The notes under the pieces: generated by a model | Told to the model about the DNA's origin: nothing | What the model saw: only the letters and a program-made list of their open reading frames with translations | The model's database searches: none | Shown: positions 41,248 through 51,155 of the stretch, in pieces | Numbering within the stretch: the stretch's first letter is position 1 | How the letters are laid out: every line of letters begins with the position of its first letter | Made by a program: the position numbers and the translations under genes | Source of the DNA: Patescibacteria group bacterium | Lineage (GTDB): Bacteria; Patescibacteriota; Kazan-3B-28; UBA10110 | Direction: 5' to 3' | Assembly (NCBI GenBank): GCA_016936175.1 | Contig: JAFGPN010000018.1 | Location: forward strand, 1 to 56,839 | Length of the DNA: 56,839 nt

Positions 41248-43053
41248 CTAACCCAACAACTTGAGAAAGGCTTCTTGCGGAATGCTAACCTGCCCCACCT
41301 GCTTCATTCGCTTTTTGCCTTTTTTCTGCTTGTCTAACAGCTTATTTTTTCGGGTTACATCTCCGCCATAAAGTTTAGCCGTAACATCCTTGCGGTAAGG
41401 CGATAGTTCTTCTCTGGCAATTATCTTTCCCCCGATGGCCGCCTGAATAATTATTTTAAAGTTTTGCCGAGGAATAAGCCCTTTTAGTTTATCAGTTATC
41501 TCTCTGCCGGCTCGCTGGGCCGCACCGCGAGCGACTATTACACTTAGGGCATCTATCGCATTTCCGCCGACTAATATATCTACTTTTACCAAATCGCCCG
41601 GACGGTACTCTAAAAATTCGTAGCTCATCGAAGCATAACCAGACGAAACACTTTTTAACTGATCATAAAAATCTACCACGATACTGCTAAGCGGAATCTC
41701 GTAGGTTACCAATACTCGGTTTTTATCCAGATGTTCAATATTTTTTTGAACCCCACGTCGTTCTTGGACTAATTTAAGCATCCCGCCCAAATAAGCCGCT
41801 GGCGAGACCAACTCTAATTTTACCCACGGTTCGGCGATGTGCTTAATCCGAGTAACCTCGGGTAGCTCAGTCGGGTTACTAATAATTTTGGTGCTGTTAT
41901 CCCCCAGCATCACCTCGTAGCTTACACTCGGGGTAGTGGCGATTAAATCCAGATCAAATTCTCGCTCTAATCGCTCTTTAACTATCTCCAAATGAAGCAG
42001 GCCCAAAAAACCACATCGAAAACCAAACCCTAAGGCTGGCGAGGTCTCGGGCTCGTAGGCTAGTGACGAATCGCTTAAAGATAACTTGTTTAATGCCTCG
42101 CGAAGGCGTGGATAATCATTGTTATCGATAGTAAAGATGCCAGCGTAGACAAACGGAGTTACTTTTTTGTAACCTGGCAGTGCCTCCGCTTTCCATTTTT
42201 CATTCTTTATTTTTAATTCTGTATTCAACTCTGGCTTTGCCAGAGTTACCGTGTCCCCCACATGCACCTTACTAACATCTCTAAGGCCAGTGGCGATATA
42301 ACCGATGTCGCCAGCTTGCAACATCTCGGTTTTTTTTAGTTGAGGCGCGAATATTCCTACCTCCAATATCTCGGATTCGGCTTTGGTAGCAAGCATCTTG
42401 ATTGCCTGTTCCCCCTGTGTTTTTCCATCCATAATCCGAACATACGCGATTACTCCCTTATACTTATCGAACACCGAATCAAAGATCAGTGCCCTAAGAG
42501 AGGCTTTAAGATCGCCAGCTGGAGCCGGCACATTTGCAATAACTCTATCTAATAACTGTTCGACGTTTTGCCCGGTCTTGCCAGATACCTCTAAAACCTC
42601 ACCGGGTTCTATCCCTAAAATATAGGCCAGCTCGCTTTTGGCGCCTTCGATGTTAGCCCCCGGCAGATCAATTTTATTTACTACTGGAACTAAGGTTAGG
42701 CCCTGTTCCTGAGCTAAATGTAGATGGGCTAAGGTCTGCGCCTCGATTCCTTGGCTAGCATCAACCAACAAGATCGCCCCCTCTACCGCCGCCAGAGACC
42801 GAGATACCTCATAGCTAAAATCTACATGACCGGGCGTATCGATCAGGTTAAGCGTATAGCCTTTATACTGCATCTTAACCGGCTGGAGTTTAATGGTAAT
42901 CCCCCGCTCTCGCTCCAACTCCATCGTATCTAATAACTGCTCTTTCATCTTTCGTTTTTCGACCGTACCAGTGAGCTCTAAAAACCGATCAGCCAAGGTG
43001 GATTTACCATGATCGATATGCGCAATGATGCAAAAGTTTCTTATATTCTTCAT
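41248..43053 (-). CDS. lepA: Translation elongation factor 4 (LepA)
   Basis: IRNFCIIAHIDHGKSTLADR, DTPGHVDF, GFRCGFLGLLH, YGGDVTRK. Confidence 0.98.
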   Translation of the reverse strand: MKNIRNFCIIAHIDHGKSTLADRFLELTGTVEKRKMKEQLLDTMELERERGITIKLQPVKMQYKGYTLNLIDTPGHVDFSYEVSRSLAAVEGAILLVDASQGIEAQTLAHLHLAQEQGLTLVPVVNKIDLPGANIEGAKSELAYILGIEPGEVLEVSGKTGQNVEQLLDRVIANVPAPAGDLKASLRALIFDSVFDKYKGVIAYVRIMDGKTQGEQAIKMLATKAESEILEVGIFAPQLKKTEMLQAGDIGYIATGLRDVSKVHVGDTVTLAKPELNTELKIKNEKWKAEALPGYKKVTPFVYAGIFTIDNNDYPRLREALNKLSLSDSSLAYEPETSPALGFGFRCGFLGLLHLEIVKERLEREFDLDLIATTPSVSYEVMLGDNSTKIISNPTELPEVTRIKHIAEPWVKLELVSPAAYLGGMLKLVQERRGVQKNIEHLDKNRVLVTYEIPLSSIVVDFYDQLKSVSSGYASMSYEFLEYRPGDLVKVDILVGGNAIDALSVIVARGAAQRAGREITDKLKGLIPRQNFKIIIQAAIGGKIIAREELSPYRKDVTAKLYGGDVTRKNKLLDKQKKGKKRMKQVGQVSIPQEAFLKLLG

Positions 43054-43070
43054 AGCCAGTGATCGACTTG

Positions 43071-43132
43071 CCCCGTACCAACATAGTGCTGAAATTGCGG
43101 CCAAGCAATTTCCGCTTTGTTTGGTATCGGGG
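43071..43132. repeat. CCCCG...CGGGG element, copy 3
   Basis: Close sequence match to 19698-19757. Confidence 0.85.
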
Positions 43133-43261
43133 TGTGGGCGATAATACAGAAGTTACGAACCTTTGTTTGCATAACCTTATTCTACTAAAAAGAAGGGGCG
43201 GATTTAGATATAGCTAAGTTGCTACTTCGGCATCCGCCCCTTATAGTTGTCCAAATATATC

Positions 43262-43654
43262 TCATCGCTTGCCCTCGTCACCGACATAACGCTGCTCCCA
43301 CTCTTTCCTTTTAAAGTTCCACGAGAGTGTGGCCTGGCAGCAACCGCAAGTAACAGTGTTGCCGGACACCGCCAGGTTCCGATCGACCGGAGTGTGGCAA
43401 ACTGGGCACTCATCAGGAGCGATTTTGGGGGAGGCAGGGGGAGATAGAGACGGTGGGTTTGGCAATTTAGGAGGAGAAAAGTGTAGGCTGACGAACATGG
43501 CATCAAGCGGAGTAATGTGCCCATTTGAGCAAACCATCCGCACCATGCCGTCGTTGCCCTCTTCTCCCTTCTTGACAAGGGGGCACCCACAGGCTTTGCC
43601 CTCCTTCCCCACTAACTTTGAACAACTTAGGTACACTGGCACCTTCTGGCACAA
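43262..43654 (-). CDS. Cys-rich putative zinc-ribbon protein
   Basis: C..C, CSNGH, CPVC, CGCC motifs around a Pro-rich linker; AAGGAGGTGA SD before TTG 43654. Confidence 0.7.
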   Translation of the reverse strand: MCQKVPVYLSCSKLVGKEGKACGCPLVKKGEEGNDGMVRMVCSNGHITPLDAMFVSLHFSPPKLPNPPSLSPPASPKIAPDECPVCHTPVDRNLAVSGNTVTCGCCQATLSWNFKRKEWEQRYVGDEGKR

Positions 43655-43926
43655 AACAATCACCTCCTTTGGCTGATTTTTGGCCGGGATTCCAGGGGAG
43701 CTATAGCATAGCACTTACCTGCTCCCAGAGCAAGGAAAACTATTGACTTCTCAGGGTATTAGTGTAGAATTGTAATGTCCTGTGGGTCTCCCCCTTAGGA
43801 CTTTCACAAGAAGTAGCTAGGGCGCGGAGGCCCACAGGCACCCTTTTTACTCTGGGGAAGCGCAAAGATTGGCGCTACTACCAACCTTTGTTTTTAATTT
43901 TAGATCTTTATATTCAAGCAATTCAA

Positions 43927-44049
43927 ACGGGATGCGCCGTAGAGGGTTATCTCGGCCACGCCTGGATAGCGTGGATGGGCCAGGTTCCGGGAACACGGAA
44001 TTATTCGGTGGGAGCTAAGGTCTATAGGGGTTCAACTCCCCCATCCCGT
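43927..44049 (+). ncRNA. Putative tRNA-like structured RNA, unassigned
   Basis: 8-bp terminal stem acgggatg/catcccgt stacked on gggg-TTCAACT-cccc T-arm; two internal hairpins. Confidence 0.6.
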
Positions 44050-44056
44050 AGTTTTT

Positions 44057-44132
44057 GGCGGTGTAGCTCAGACTCTGGCAGAGCGCCAGGCTCATAACCT
44101 GGAGGCCGCGGGTTCGAGTCCCGCCACCGCCG
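44057..44132 (+). tRNA. Atypical tRNA(CAT), no encoded CCA
   Basis: ggcggtg/caccgcc acceptor, ccagg-ctCATaa-cctgg, GGTTCGAGTCC. Confidence 0.85.
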
Positions 44133-44210
44133 TACTTTGACAATTAGTTGAGGGTTGAGATATTCTGGCTCTTCTTGGCGCGGAACGCGTTGAAGAGCAA
44201 GGGGCTTGAG

Positions 44211-44696
44211 ATGAAACATACCGTAGATACGGCCAAGCTAATACGGGTGATTCTCGTCAGCTGGGCATTCTTTTTTTTAACAGGCTTCTGGGCTGGTTGG
44301 GTGACGAATAATCACCATAACCAAGACCGTGAAGCCACCGAGAAGCGGCTGGCCGACACCGAGATTGTCCTTCGGGACACGCTGGAAAAACTAGCCATCG
44401 CCAGAACCGACCGAGATTTCTACCAAGCTCGGTACGACAATGGCGAGGTTCCCTCCCAGATCGTTAAGGTCGTTTACCGAGGTAGTCTAAAGCAGACCTC
44501 CAGCGACCCTGGCCCTGAGGAGGCCTGGCAAGAGATCGAACTAACGCGGGATACCCCCCGCGACGGCGTCATCTACATCGGAGATCTGTGGGAAGTCGCT
44601 GACTATGCCCAACACGATGCTGAGATAAATCAGCGGGTGATGGGCTACGTCGTTGACGAGTTCGGGTCCACGGAAGAGTCCGGCCCGAGCCAATAA
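44211..44696 (+). CDS. Hypothetical membrane-anchored coiled-coil protein
   Basis: TM followed by a helical region; followed by a terminator at ~44730-44758. Confidence 0.65.
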   Translation: MKHTVDTAKLIRVILVSWAFFFLTGFWAGWVTNNHHNQDREATEKRLADTEIVLRDTLEKLAIARTDRDFYQARYDNGEVPSQIVKVVYRGSLKQTSSDPGPEEAWQEIELTRDTPRDGVIYIGDLWEVADYAQHDAEINQRVMGYVVDEFGSTEESGPSQ

Positions 44697-44756
44697 AATA
44701 GCCAACCATCCACTTATATCTCCAGTATAGCCCCCGGCATCCGCCGGGGGTTCTTT

Positions 44757-45668
44757 TTATCTCACTAACAGCCATACCCCTATTAACATCACTAGGGCTA
44801 TCACTGCCCGAAAACCTACATCTTTTTCTTTAAATAACGAACCCCCTATTAAAGTAGTAACCAACATAGCACTGTGCTTAATCGGAGTAACTAAAGATAA
44901 CTCTGTCATGCTTAACGCCTGCGAATAAGCCAATCGCGACACAGTGGCAATAATGGCGATGCCTACCAACAACCAGCCCAAGTGCTCTACCCGCGCCGGA
45001 ATCTGCCGCACATTGCCTACCACCAATAAATAAAGCACAAAGTGGTTAACAAATAAAAATATGCTGATTAAAAACAAAAAGGTTACCACATCCAGTCGCG
45101 CCAAAGAAAATTTATCAAACACACTGGAGAATCCCATCAATACCATCGAGCCAAGCAATAATGCTTCATAAAACAGCTCGGTTTTTTGTTTAAACAAATC
45201 CCCAATCTTACCGGTGGCTACCCAACCCCAATGATGCGCTGGCATAAAAGATCCCTTGGCCAGCAAAGCCCCACCCACTACCAAGATAACCGCTCCCCAA
45301 ATCTGTCCGATGGTTAAGATATCTCCCAAAAAGAAGTGGGCAAATACTAAAGTAAACAAAGTAGATAGCACTGTCTGGGGAGAAATCAGAGATAGCTCCA
45401 GGTGACGAACCGCTTTAGTCCCCATCCAAATAGCCACCGAGCCAAACAAGGAGGCGGCGTAAACATATGCCACGCTCTCCCAAGCAATGCTCCCCCATTT
45501 AACCCACGGCCACAGAAATAACGCGACTATCATCGCCACCAGCGAGAAGGCCACCGTGTAATCGAGCGAATGTTCTTTTTTAAGCTCGGCTTTTTGCAAA
45601 ACCGATTTAATCCCGACCAACACAGCCGAGATCAGAGCATAAGCATACCAAGGCACTAACAATAACAT
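44757..45668 (-). CDS. EamA/DMT family transporter
   Basis: Ten TM segments in two EamA-like repeats. Confidence 0.88.
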   Translation of the reverse strand: MLLLVPWYAYALISAVLVGIKSVLQKAELKKEHSLDYTVAFSLVAMIVALFLWPWVKWGSIAWESVAYVYAASLFGSVAIWMGTKAVRHLELSLISPQTVLSTLFTLVFAHFFLGDILTIGQIWGAVILVVGGALLAKGSFMPAHHWGWVATGKIGDLFKQKTELFYEALLLGSMVLMGFSSVFDKFSLARLDVVTFLFLISIFLFVNHFVLYLLVVGNVRQIPARVEHLGWLLVGIAIIATVSRLAYSQALSMTELSLVTPIKHSAMLVTTLIGGSLFKEKDVGFRAVIALVMLIGVWLLVR

Positions 45669-47242
45669 TAGCTATCTCCCAATAATCCAGACGGTTTTAT
45701 TATCATTTTAACTTCCGGCAATCCTAATTTTTTCGTCACTGCCAGATAGGTTAACCCAGCAATAGTTGCGGCTACTCCAGCCTGAAGAAACAAACCCCAA
45801 AATGTGTGAGTATTAACTACCAAACTCATAATTTGAAGTGCTCCATAACCCATTGCCCCCATTGCCCCTATTCCTATCAGAATCTTGCCCGCCATCACCC
45901 ACAACGGCCGCAAACCCAAACCCCCTAATCTCCGGCGTAGAAGTATAAATAGGATTAACGCATTAATAGTAGCCGCCAACGATACCGCTAAAGCTAACCC
46001 CACTACTTTTAAATACGGGATGAGTAACAAGGCTGCCGCTACATTTACCACTAAGGTTAATACACTGGTCCAAAACGGAGTTTTAGTATCTTGCAGGGCG
46101 TAAAAAGAGCGTGCCAATAGCGGAATAAGCGCCTGAGCCGCCATCCCAAAAGTGAAGAAGGCTAAAGTCGAAACCATAAACCGCGTATCCTCCCAGCTAA
46201 ACTGGCCGGCGCCAAAAGCTAATCGCACGATCTGGGCCCTGAGCAACCAATATAGCAACATCATCGGCAAAATCAGATACAAGATCTGCCTCAGGGTTTT
46301 TGTAAAATCGTCTTTAAATTCACCCACCTTTTGCAGGGTGTATTTTTCGGCCAAAGTTGGAAAAACTGCCACTGCAAAAGAGATACCAAATATACTGATC
46401 GGCAGACTCTGGAGATTGTCCGCGCCATTTAGTACCGATACACTCCCCACCGCCAAGGTAGAAGCGATAACCGTGTTTACTAACACCGATACTTGTTGAG
46501 CCGCGATTCCCATCGTTCGCGGTATCATTAATGTAGCTATCCGACGCAGAGCCGGATGCCTAAAATTAAAACGCATCCTGTATCGATACCCCAATGCAAA
46601 TACACCGGGTAGCTGAATGATCATATGCAGAAACGCGCCCAACACCACCCCGTAAGCCAAACCCATATAACCAAATCGAGGTACTAAATAGATCACCCCT
46701 AAGATAATGCCGATGTTGTAAAGAATCGGAGCAATGGCATAGACCAAAAAATTTTTGAACGAATTAAGAATGCCACCGGCCAAATTGCTTAATCCAAAAA
46801 AGAACGGCGAGAGCAACATCACCCGCATTAAGTTAGTAACCATCTCGTGCTTATCACCCACAAAGCCGGGAGCTATTATTTTAGTTAAATAGGGCGCAAA
46901 TATCGCTAACAATAACAAAATGCCTGTTAACAACACAACGCCAAAATTGACCAACGAATTAACTACACTCCAAGCTTCTTCTTTTCCTTCCTTTTTTAAG
47001 TACTCGGTAAATATTGGTATAAAGGCAGATGAGAGAGCTCCCAAGATCAGGAGATTAAAAATAAAATCCGGTATCTTAAAAGCGGCAAAGTAGGCATCCA
47101 GCACATCTCCCGCCCCAAAGTGAGAGAACAATGTCCGATCTCGAACTAAACCAAATACCCGGCTAATTAAAGAGGCAGCTGCCAGAACAAGCGTTGCCTC
47201 AAAAATACTGGAACGTCGAGTAATAAGTTTGTGAATCATCAA
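45668..47242 (-). CDS. murJ: Lipid II flippase MurJ
   Basis: SRVFGLVRD, DAYFAAFKIPD, GALSSAFIP, FYALQDTKTP. Confidence 0.95.
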   Translation of the reverse strand: MMIHKLITRRSSIFEATLVLAAASLISRVFGLVRDRTLFSHFGAGDVLDAYFAAFKIPDFIFNLLILGALSSAFIPIFTEYLKKEGKEEAWSVVNSLVNFGVVLLTGILLLLAIFAPYLTKIIAPGFVGDKHEMVTNLMRVMLLSPFFFGLSNLAGGILNSFKNFLVYAIAPILYNIGIILGVIYLVPRFGYMGLAYGVVLGAFLHMIIQLPGVFALGYRYRMRFNFRHPALRRIATLMIPRTMGIAAQQVSVLVNTVIASTLAVGSVSVLNGADNLQSLPISIFGISFAVAVFPTLAEKYTLQKVGEFKDDFTKTLRQILYLILPMMLLYWLLRAQIVRLAFGAGQFSWEDTRFMVSTLAFFTFGMAAQALIPLLARSFYALQDTKTPFWTSVLTLVVNVAAALLLIPYLKVVGLALAVSLAATINALILFILLRRRLGGLGLRPLWVMAGKILIGIGAMGAMGYGALQIMSLVVNTHTFWGLFLQAGVAATIAGLTYLAVTKKLGLPEVKMIIKPSGLLGDS

Positions 47243-47244
47243 AC

Positions 47245-49056
47245 TTAATTATCGGTTGGCATAGTGGTCTCCGGGAAAAAAGCCTCAAACTCTTCTCGCT
47301 CAATTGTCTCGTCTTTAATCAACCGAGCTGAGATAGCATCTAACTCTTTGCGATATTTCTTTAACACAGCCGTAGCTTTATCTTCGGCCTCTTTGATCAA
47401 ACCAGCCACCTCTTCATCGATCTGGGCCGCTACCTTCTCGCTATAGTTGCGCTGTTCATGGATCTCCCGACCCAAAAAGACTAACTCATCCTGAACACCA
47501 AACACCACCGGCCCTAATTTTTCGCTCATTCCAAATCTGGTCACCATCTTTCGGGATAGTTCGGTGGCGCGTTGAAGATCGTTGGAAGCGCCAGTGGTAG
47601 TTTCTTTAAACGTTAGCATCTCCGCCACTCGGCCGCCCAACATCGCCGCCAGTTCATCAATAAATTGCGACTTAGAGTGCAGATACTTATCGGCTACCGG
47701 CATATTCCAAGTGTAACCTAACGCCATCCCCCGTGATACAACCGAGATCTTGTGCACCGGATCACCGTTCGGCAAGATGTGCGAAACGATTGCGTGGCCA
47801 GCCTCGTGATAAGCAGTCACCTTCTTTTCCTGGTCGCTTAAAAGTTTATTTCGCCTTTCGGGACCCAACAAAACCTTTTCTACCGCCGCCATTAAATCTT
47901 GCTGAGTCACTCGTTTACGATTAGCCCGAGCGGTTAGGATAGCCGCTTCGTTTAACAAGTTCTGCAGATCAGCACCGGTAAAGCCGGGTGTCTGAGACGC
48001 TACTTTAGATAGATCCACCTTCTCGTCCATTGGCTTACCTTTAGCATGTACTTCCAATATCGCCAAACGATCCTTAACATCTGGCCGATCCAATAATACT
48101 CGCCTGTCAAACCGACCAGGCCGAAGTAGAGCAGGATCCAATACATCTGGCCGATTGGTAGCGGCTACAACTATTACATTAGTATCGGTATCAAAACCAT
48201 CCATCTCTACTAAGATCTGATTTAGGGTTTGTTCTCTCTCATCATGTGAACCGCCTAAGCCGGCTCCCCGTTGGCGGCCCACCGCATCTATCTCATCAAT
48301 AAATACAATGGCTGGAGAATTGCGCTTGGCTTTAGCAAATAGATCGCGCACTCGCGCGGCGCCTACGCCAACAAACATCTCCACAAACTCGCTACCACTG
48401 ATATTAAAGAAGGGTACGCCGGCCTCGCCAGCCACCGCTTTAGCCAGCAGGGTTTTACCAGTGCCGGGAGGGCCCAACAGCAACACGCCTTTAGGTATCT
48501 TGGCGCCCAAGCTTATAAATTTACTCGGGTACTTTAAAAACTCAACCACTTCCATCAGCTCTTGCTTGGCTTCGTGTGCCCCAGCCACATCTTTAAAAGT
48601 AACCTTGTGTTTATCGGTAGGGGTTATCCGAGCCCGGCTTCGACCAAACGACAACGCTTGATTATTGGCGCCCTGCGCTTGTCGAAGCATAAAATATAAA
48701 AACCCAAAGATTAGGATGAACGGAAGTAACGAAGATAGCAGGCTAAGCCAAAGCATCCCTTTTTCGGCGTCCTCTACCTCGATGGTTACTTGGGTGGGAT
48801 CGATACCAGCTTCGATTAATGATGTGCCAGCTTCTTTGCGGGAATGATATTCGGTACCGTTACTGCCTATTACCGTCAGCTCGTCGCCCTTAACAACTAT
48901 CTTATCTACCCGTTTGGCGGCTACCTCCTCTATTACCTGGGTTATCGGAATTTCTTTAACCTTGGTAGTGTCTATGCCAAACAGGCTGTAGAGGAGTCCC
49001 ACTACCAACAAAATAACAATCCCGTAGCCCAAAATTCTACTGGTGGTCATCTTCAT
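47245..49056 (-). CDS. ftsH: ATP-dependent zinc metalloprotease FtsH
   Basis: [31 protein letters not shown]. Confidence 0.98.
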   Translation of the reverse strand: MKMTTSRILGYGIVILLVVGLLYSLFGIDTTKVKEIPITQVIEEVAAKRVDKIVVKGDELTVIGSNGTEYHSRKEAGTSLIEAGIDPTQVTIEVEDAEKGMLWLSLLSSLLPFILIFGFLYFMLRQAQGANNQALSFGRSRARITPTDKHKVTFKDVAGAHEAKQELMEVVEFLKYPSKFISLGAKIPKGVLLLGPPGTGKTLLAKAVAGEAGVPFFNISGSEFVEMFVGVGAARVRDLFAKAKRNSPAIVFIDEIDAVGRQRGAGLGGSHDEREQTLNQILVEMDGFDTDTNVIVVAATNRPDVLDPALLRPGRFDRRVLLDRPDVKDRLAILEVHAKGKPMDEKVDLSKVASQTPGFTGADLQNLLNEAAILTARANRKRVTQQDLMAAVEKVLLGPERRNKLLSDQEKKVTAYHEAGHAIVSHILPNGDPVHKISVVSRGMALGYTWNMPVADKYLHSKSQFIDELAAMLGGRVAEMLTFKETTTGASNDLQRATELSRKMVTRFGMSEKLGPVVFGVQDELVFLGREIHEQRNYSEKVAAQIDEEVAGLIKEAEDKATAVLKKYRKELDAISARLIKDETIEREEFEAFFPETTMPTDN

Positions 49057-49059
49057 AAC

Positions 49060-50118
49060 TTATAGGTTCTTCAGCTTAAATCGGCTAACACTAATCTTAT
49101 CATACGCCTTTATCAGGAACAATTTACCCGGCAGTTGCTTATAAGATAGCTTAGCCTTGCTATCAATTACTTTATGCATCTCAGTTAGGTGAACGGATTT
49201 GTAATCCTGCCGATCACCCCTCACCTCTGTTATCACCCAAAGCAACAGCTCGTTTTGAAGGTAAGGATGTAATTTATTAAATTGGGTTAGCCGAAAACTT
49301 ATCGACCTTTTGTCTCGTCGCAACTTTACCGCCTTTTTACTCTGAGCTAAGTGATCATTCAACAGATCTTCTAATCCTGACAAATTCTCCGCATTGCGTA
49401 AGATCACCTCTTTAATTTGAGGGTTTACCTTACGCAGTACGGGCAAAACCTGATGCCTAATCCGATTACGGGTATAAACTACCTGACGATTAGTTTTATC
49501 TTCCCGATAACCAAAGTGGAGTGTTTTGGCCAATTGGCGAAGCTCTGTTTTAGCTATTCCTAACAAAGGGCGCCAAACATTAATCCCTTGGGCCCGATCA
49601 GCTCTTAGAGGCAAAGGTTGCCACTCGCTCATTCCAATTAGCCCTCGTATGCCAGCCCCCCGGAGCCAGTTCATCACCACGGTTTCTACCTGATCATCGG
49701 CAGTGTGCGCCACCACTATCGTTTTAGCTCGATGGCGCTTAGCCACTCTATTTAAAAAATCATACCTGGCCACTCGAGCGGCCTCCTCGATAGTGTGCTT
49801 CTGTTTGCGAGCCAAGGTTCTGACCTCCACGCGGCCGGTTATCACAGACAGACCCAAACGATTTCCCACCCCCTTAACCCAGTGCTCGTCACTAATCGCC
49901 CGCCGACGAAGACGATGATTAAGATGCGCCACAATTAGCCGCCACTCATATTTGGCCGCCAGTGGGATAAGTAGATAAAGCAGCCCCATGGAATCCACTC
50001 CCCCGGAAACGGCTACTACCAGAGTCGACCGCCGAGGCGGCAACTTACGATTTTCGACCTGTGATAAAAGTCTGTCGATTAGCTGCACGATTTTATTATA
50101 TAGGAGTGGTATGGACAA
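49060..50118 (-). CDS. tilS: tRNA(Ile)-lysidine synthetase (start may be ~10 codons downstream)
   Basis: AVSGGVDS, HLNHRLR, AHTADDQVET, RPLL, RNRIRH. Confidence 0.95.
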   Translation of the reverse strand: MSIPLLYNKIVQLIDRLLSQVENRKLPPRRSTLVVAVSGGVDSMGLLYLLIPLAAKYEWRLIVAHLNHRLRRRAISDEHWVKGVGNRLGLSVITGRVEVRTLARKQKHTIEEAARVARYDFLNRVAKRHRAKTIVVAHTADDQVETVVMNWLRGAGIRGLIGMSEWQPLPLRADRAQGINVWRPLLGIAKTELRQLAKTLHFGYREDKTNRQVVYTRNRIRHQVLPVLRKVNPQIKEVILRNAENLSGLEDLLNDHLAQSKKAVKLRRDKRSISFRLTQFNKLHPYLQNELLLWVITEVRGDRQDYKSVHLTEMHKVIDSKAKLSYKQLPGKLFLIKAYDKISVSRFKLKNL

Positions 50119-50209
50119 AAGTCTGCTTTTTACCTAACCTAAATTACGCTATGCTAAAGGCGACGTGCCAACCTGTCAGGGTAGCTCAGTGGTAGAGCAG
50201 ATGGATTCA

Positions 50210-50327
50210 CCCCGTTAGAAATTAGCCAGCGTAGCTCAGTGGTAGAGCAGTGGACTCATAAGCCATTGGTCACAGGTTCGAATCCTGTCGCTGGCACCAA
50301 AATTGGCTGGATTTCTAACGGGGCAAG
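50210..50327. mobile_element. MITE-like element with 13-bp TIRs (CCCCGTTAGAAAT/ATTTCTAACGGGG) enclosing a tRNA
   Basis: Perfect 13-bp inverted repeats; GGGGCAAG end shared with the 19694 and 43067 elements. Confidence 0.7.
50225..50299 (+). tRNA. tRNA(CAT), probably elongator Met
   Basis: gccagcg/cgctggc acceptor, ctCATaa loop, GGTTCGAATCC, CCA. Confidence 0.92.
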
Positions 50328-50486
50328 TAAGCCTTACTAATCGCGGGCCTGCCCCTGACACCAGTCTTCGCTACCTTCAGTAGCTACGCCCGGCTTACGC
50401 CACCATAGAGACAAAAGCGAAGACTGCCCTGCGTAGCTCGAAGAGTGAAGCATGGGCCCTCGATTATTCTTGCTCAACCAAAAACT

Positions 50487-50897
50487 ATGGCTCAAGACCC
50501 ACTCGAACAGACAAAGAGAAAGCGCAAGTTGCGTTCCCAAATCTTAACGGCGGTCTTCGCCAGTGTCTTAGTGTATATGGCAGTGGGCACCGTCGAGGCT
50601 CTTTGGCAGAACTACGCCATCAATAAAGAGATCAACAAACTAAGAGCTGAAATCGTTCGACTCCAAGAGGAGGGTCGCCAGCTAAAATATTTAATCGCCT
50701 ACCTGGGTACCGAATCATTTAAAGAGCGAGAAGCTCGACGCAAACTGGGATACAAAAAACCCGGAGAACAGGTATTAGCCCTGCCCAATTCAATCTTAGA
50801 GGAGTTGTCTCCTGGGCAAGCTAACGGCAGTGATGACTTGGAGCTCAAGCCCGAGCTATCCAACCCCCAGAAGTGGAGTGAATTCATCTTTGGATAG
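50487..50897 (+). CDS. Septum formation initiator FtsB/DivIC family
   Basis: TM + coiled coil + EREARRKLGYKKPGE. Confidence 0.9.
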   Translation: MAQDPLEQTKRKRKLRSQILTAVFASVLVYMAVGTVEALWQNYAINKEINKLRAEIVRLQEEGRQLKYLIAYLGTESFKEREARRKLGYKKPGEQVLALPNSILEELSPGQANGSDDLELKPELSNPQKWSEFIFG

Positions 50898-50927
50898 CTC
50901 GGTTATAATAAAAACTGATTGATAATT

Positions 50928-51002
50928 GGGCCTGTAGCTCAGCGGTAGAGCAGCCCCCTCATAAGGGGTTGGTCGCAGGTTCGATCCCTGCCGGGCCCAC
51001 CA
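50928..51002 (+). tRNA. tRNA(CAT), probably tRNA-Ile2 (TilS substrate)
   Basis: GGGCCTG acceptor typical of Ile tRNAs, gcccc-ctCATaa-ggggt, CCA; near tilS. Confidence 0.9.
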
Positions 51003-51155
51003 TTCGACTACGTTGCTCTGGAAGAGCAACTTCGCTCATGGCCTTTGGCCAAATATACGATAGTCGAATGTCTCGAGCGTAGTCGAGAGGCAAAGTGTTC
51101 ATTTGTCTTCCCACTGGACAGCCGCTCGTTCCTCTGTTAGCATTTACAGGGTCGA

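Larger units (their letters stand above)
50175..50363 (+). pseudogene. Decayed tRNA(CAT) split at its anticodon by an element carrying an intact tRNA
   Basis: gtcaggg/ccctgac+ACCA acceptor, intact D arm, ttCA^Taagcc, T-loop missing. Confidence 0.75.

Noticed and set aside
43927-44049. tmRNA, tRNA-Sec or SRP RNA
   Set aside because: Too short for tmRNA with no G3-U70/CCA; no UCA anticodon; no SRP GGAA helix-8 motif
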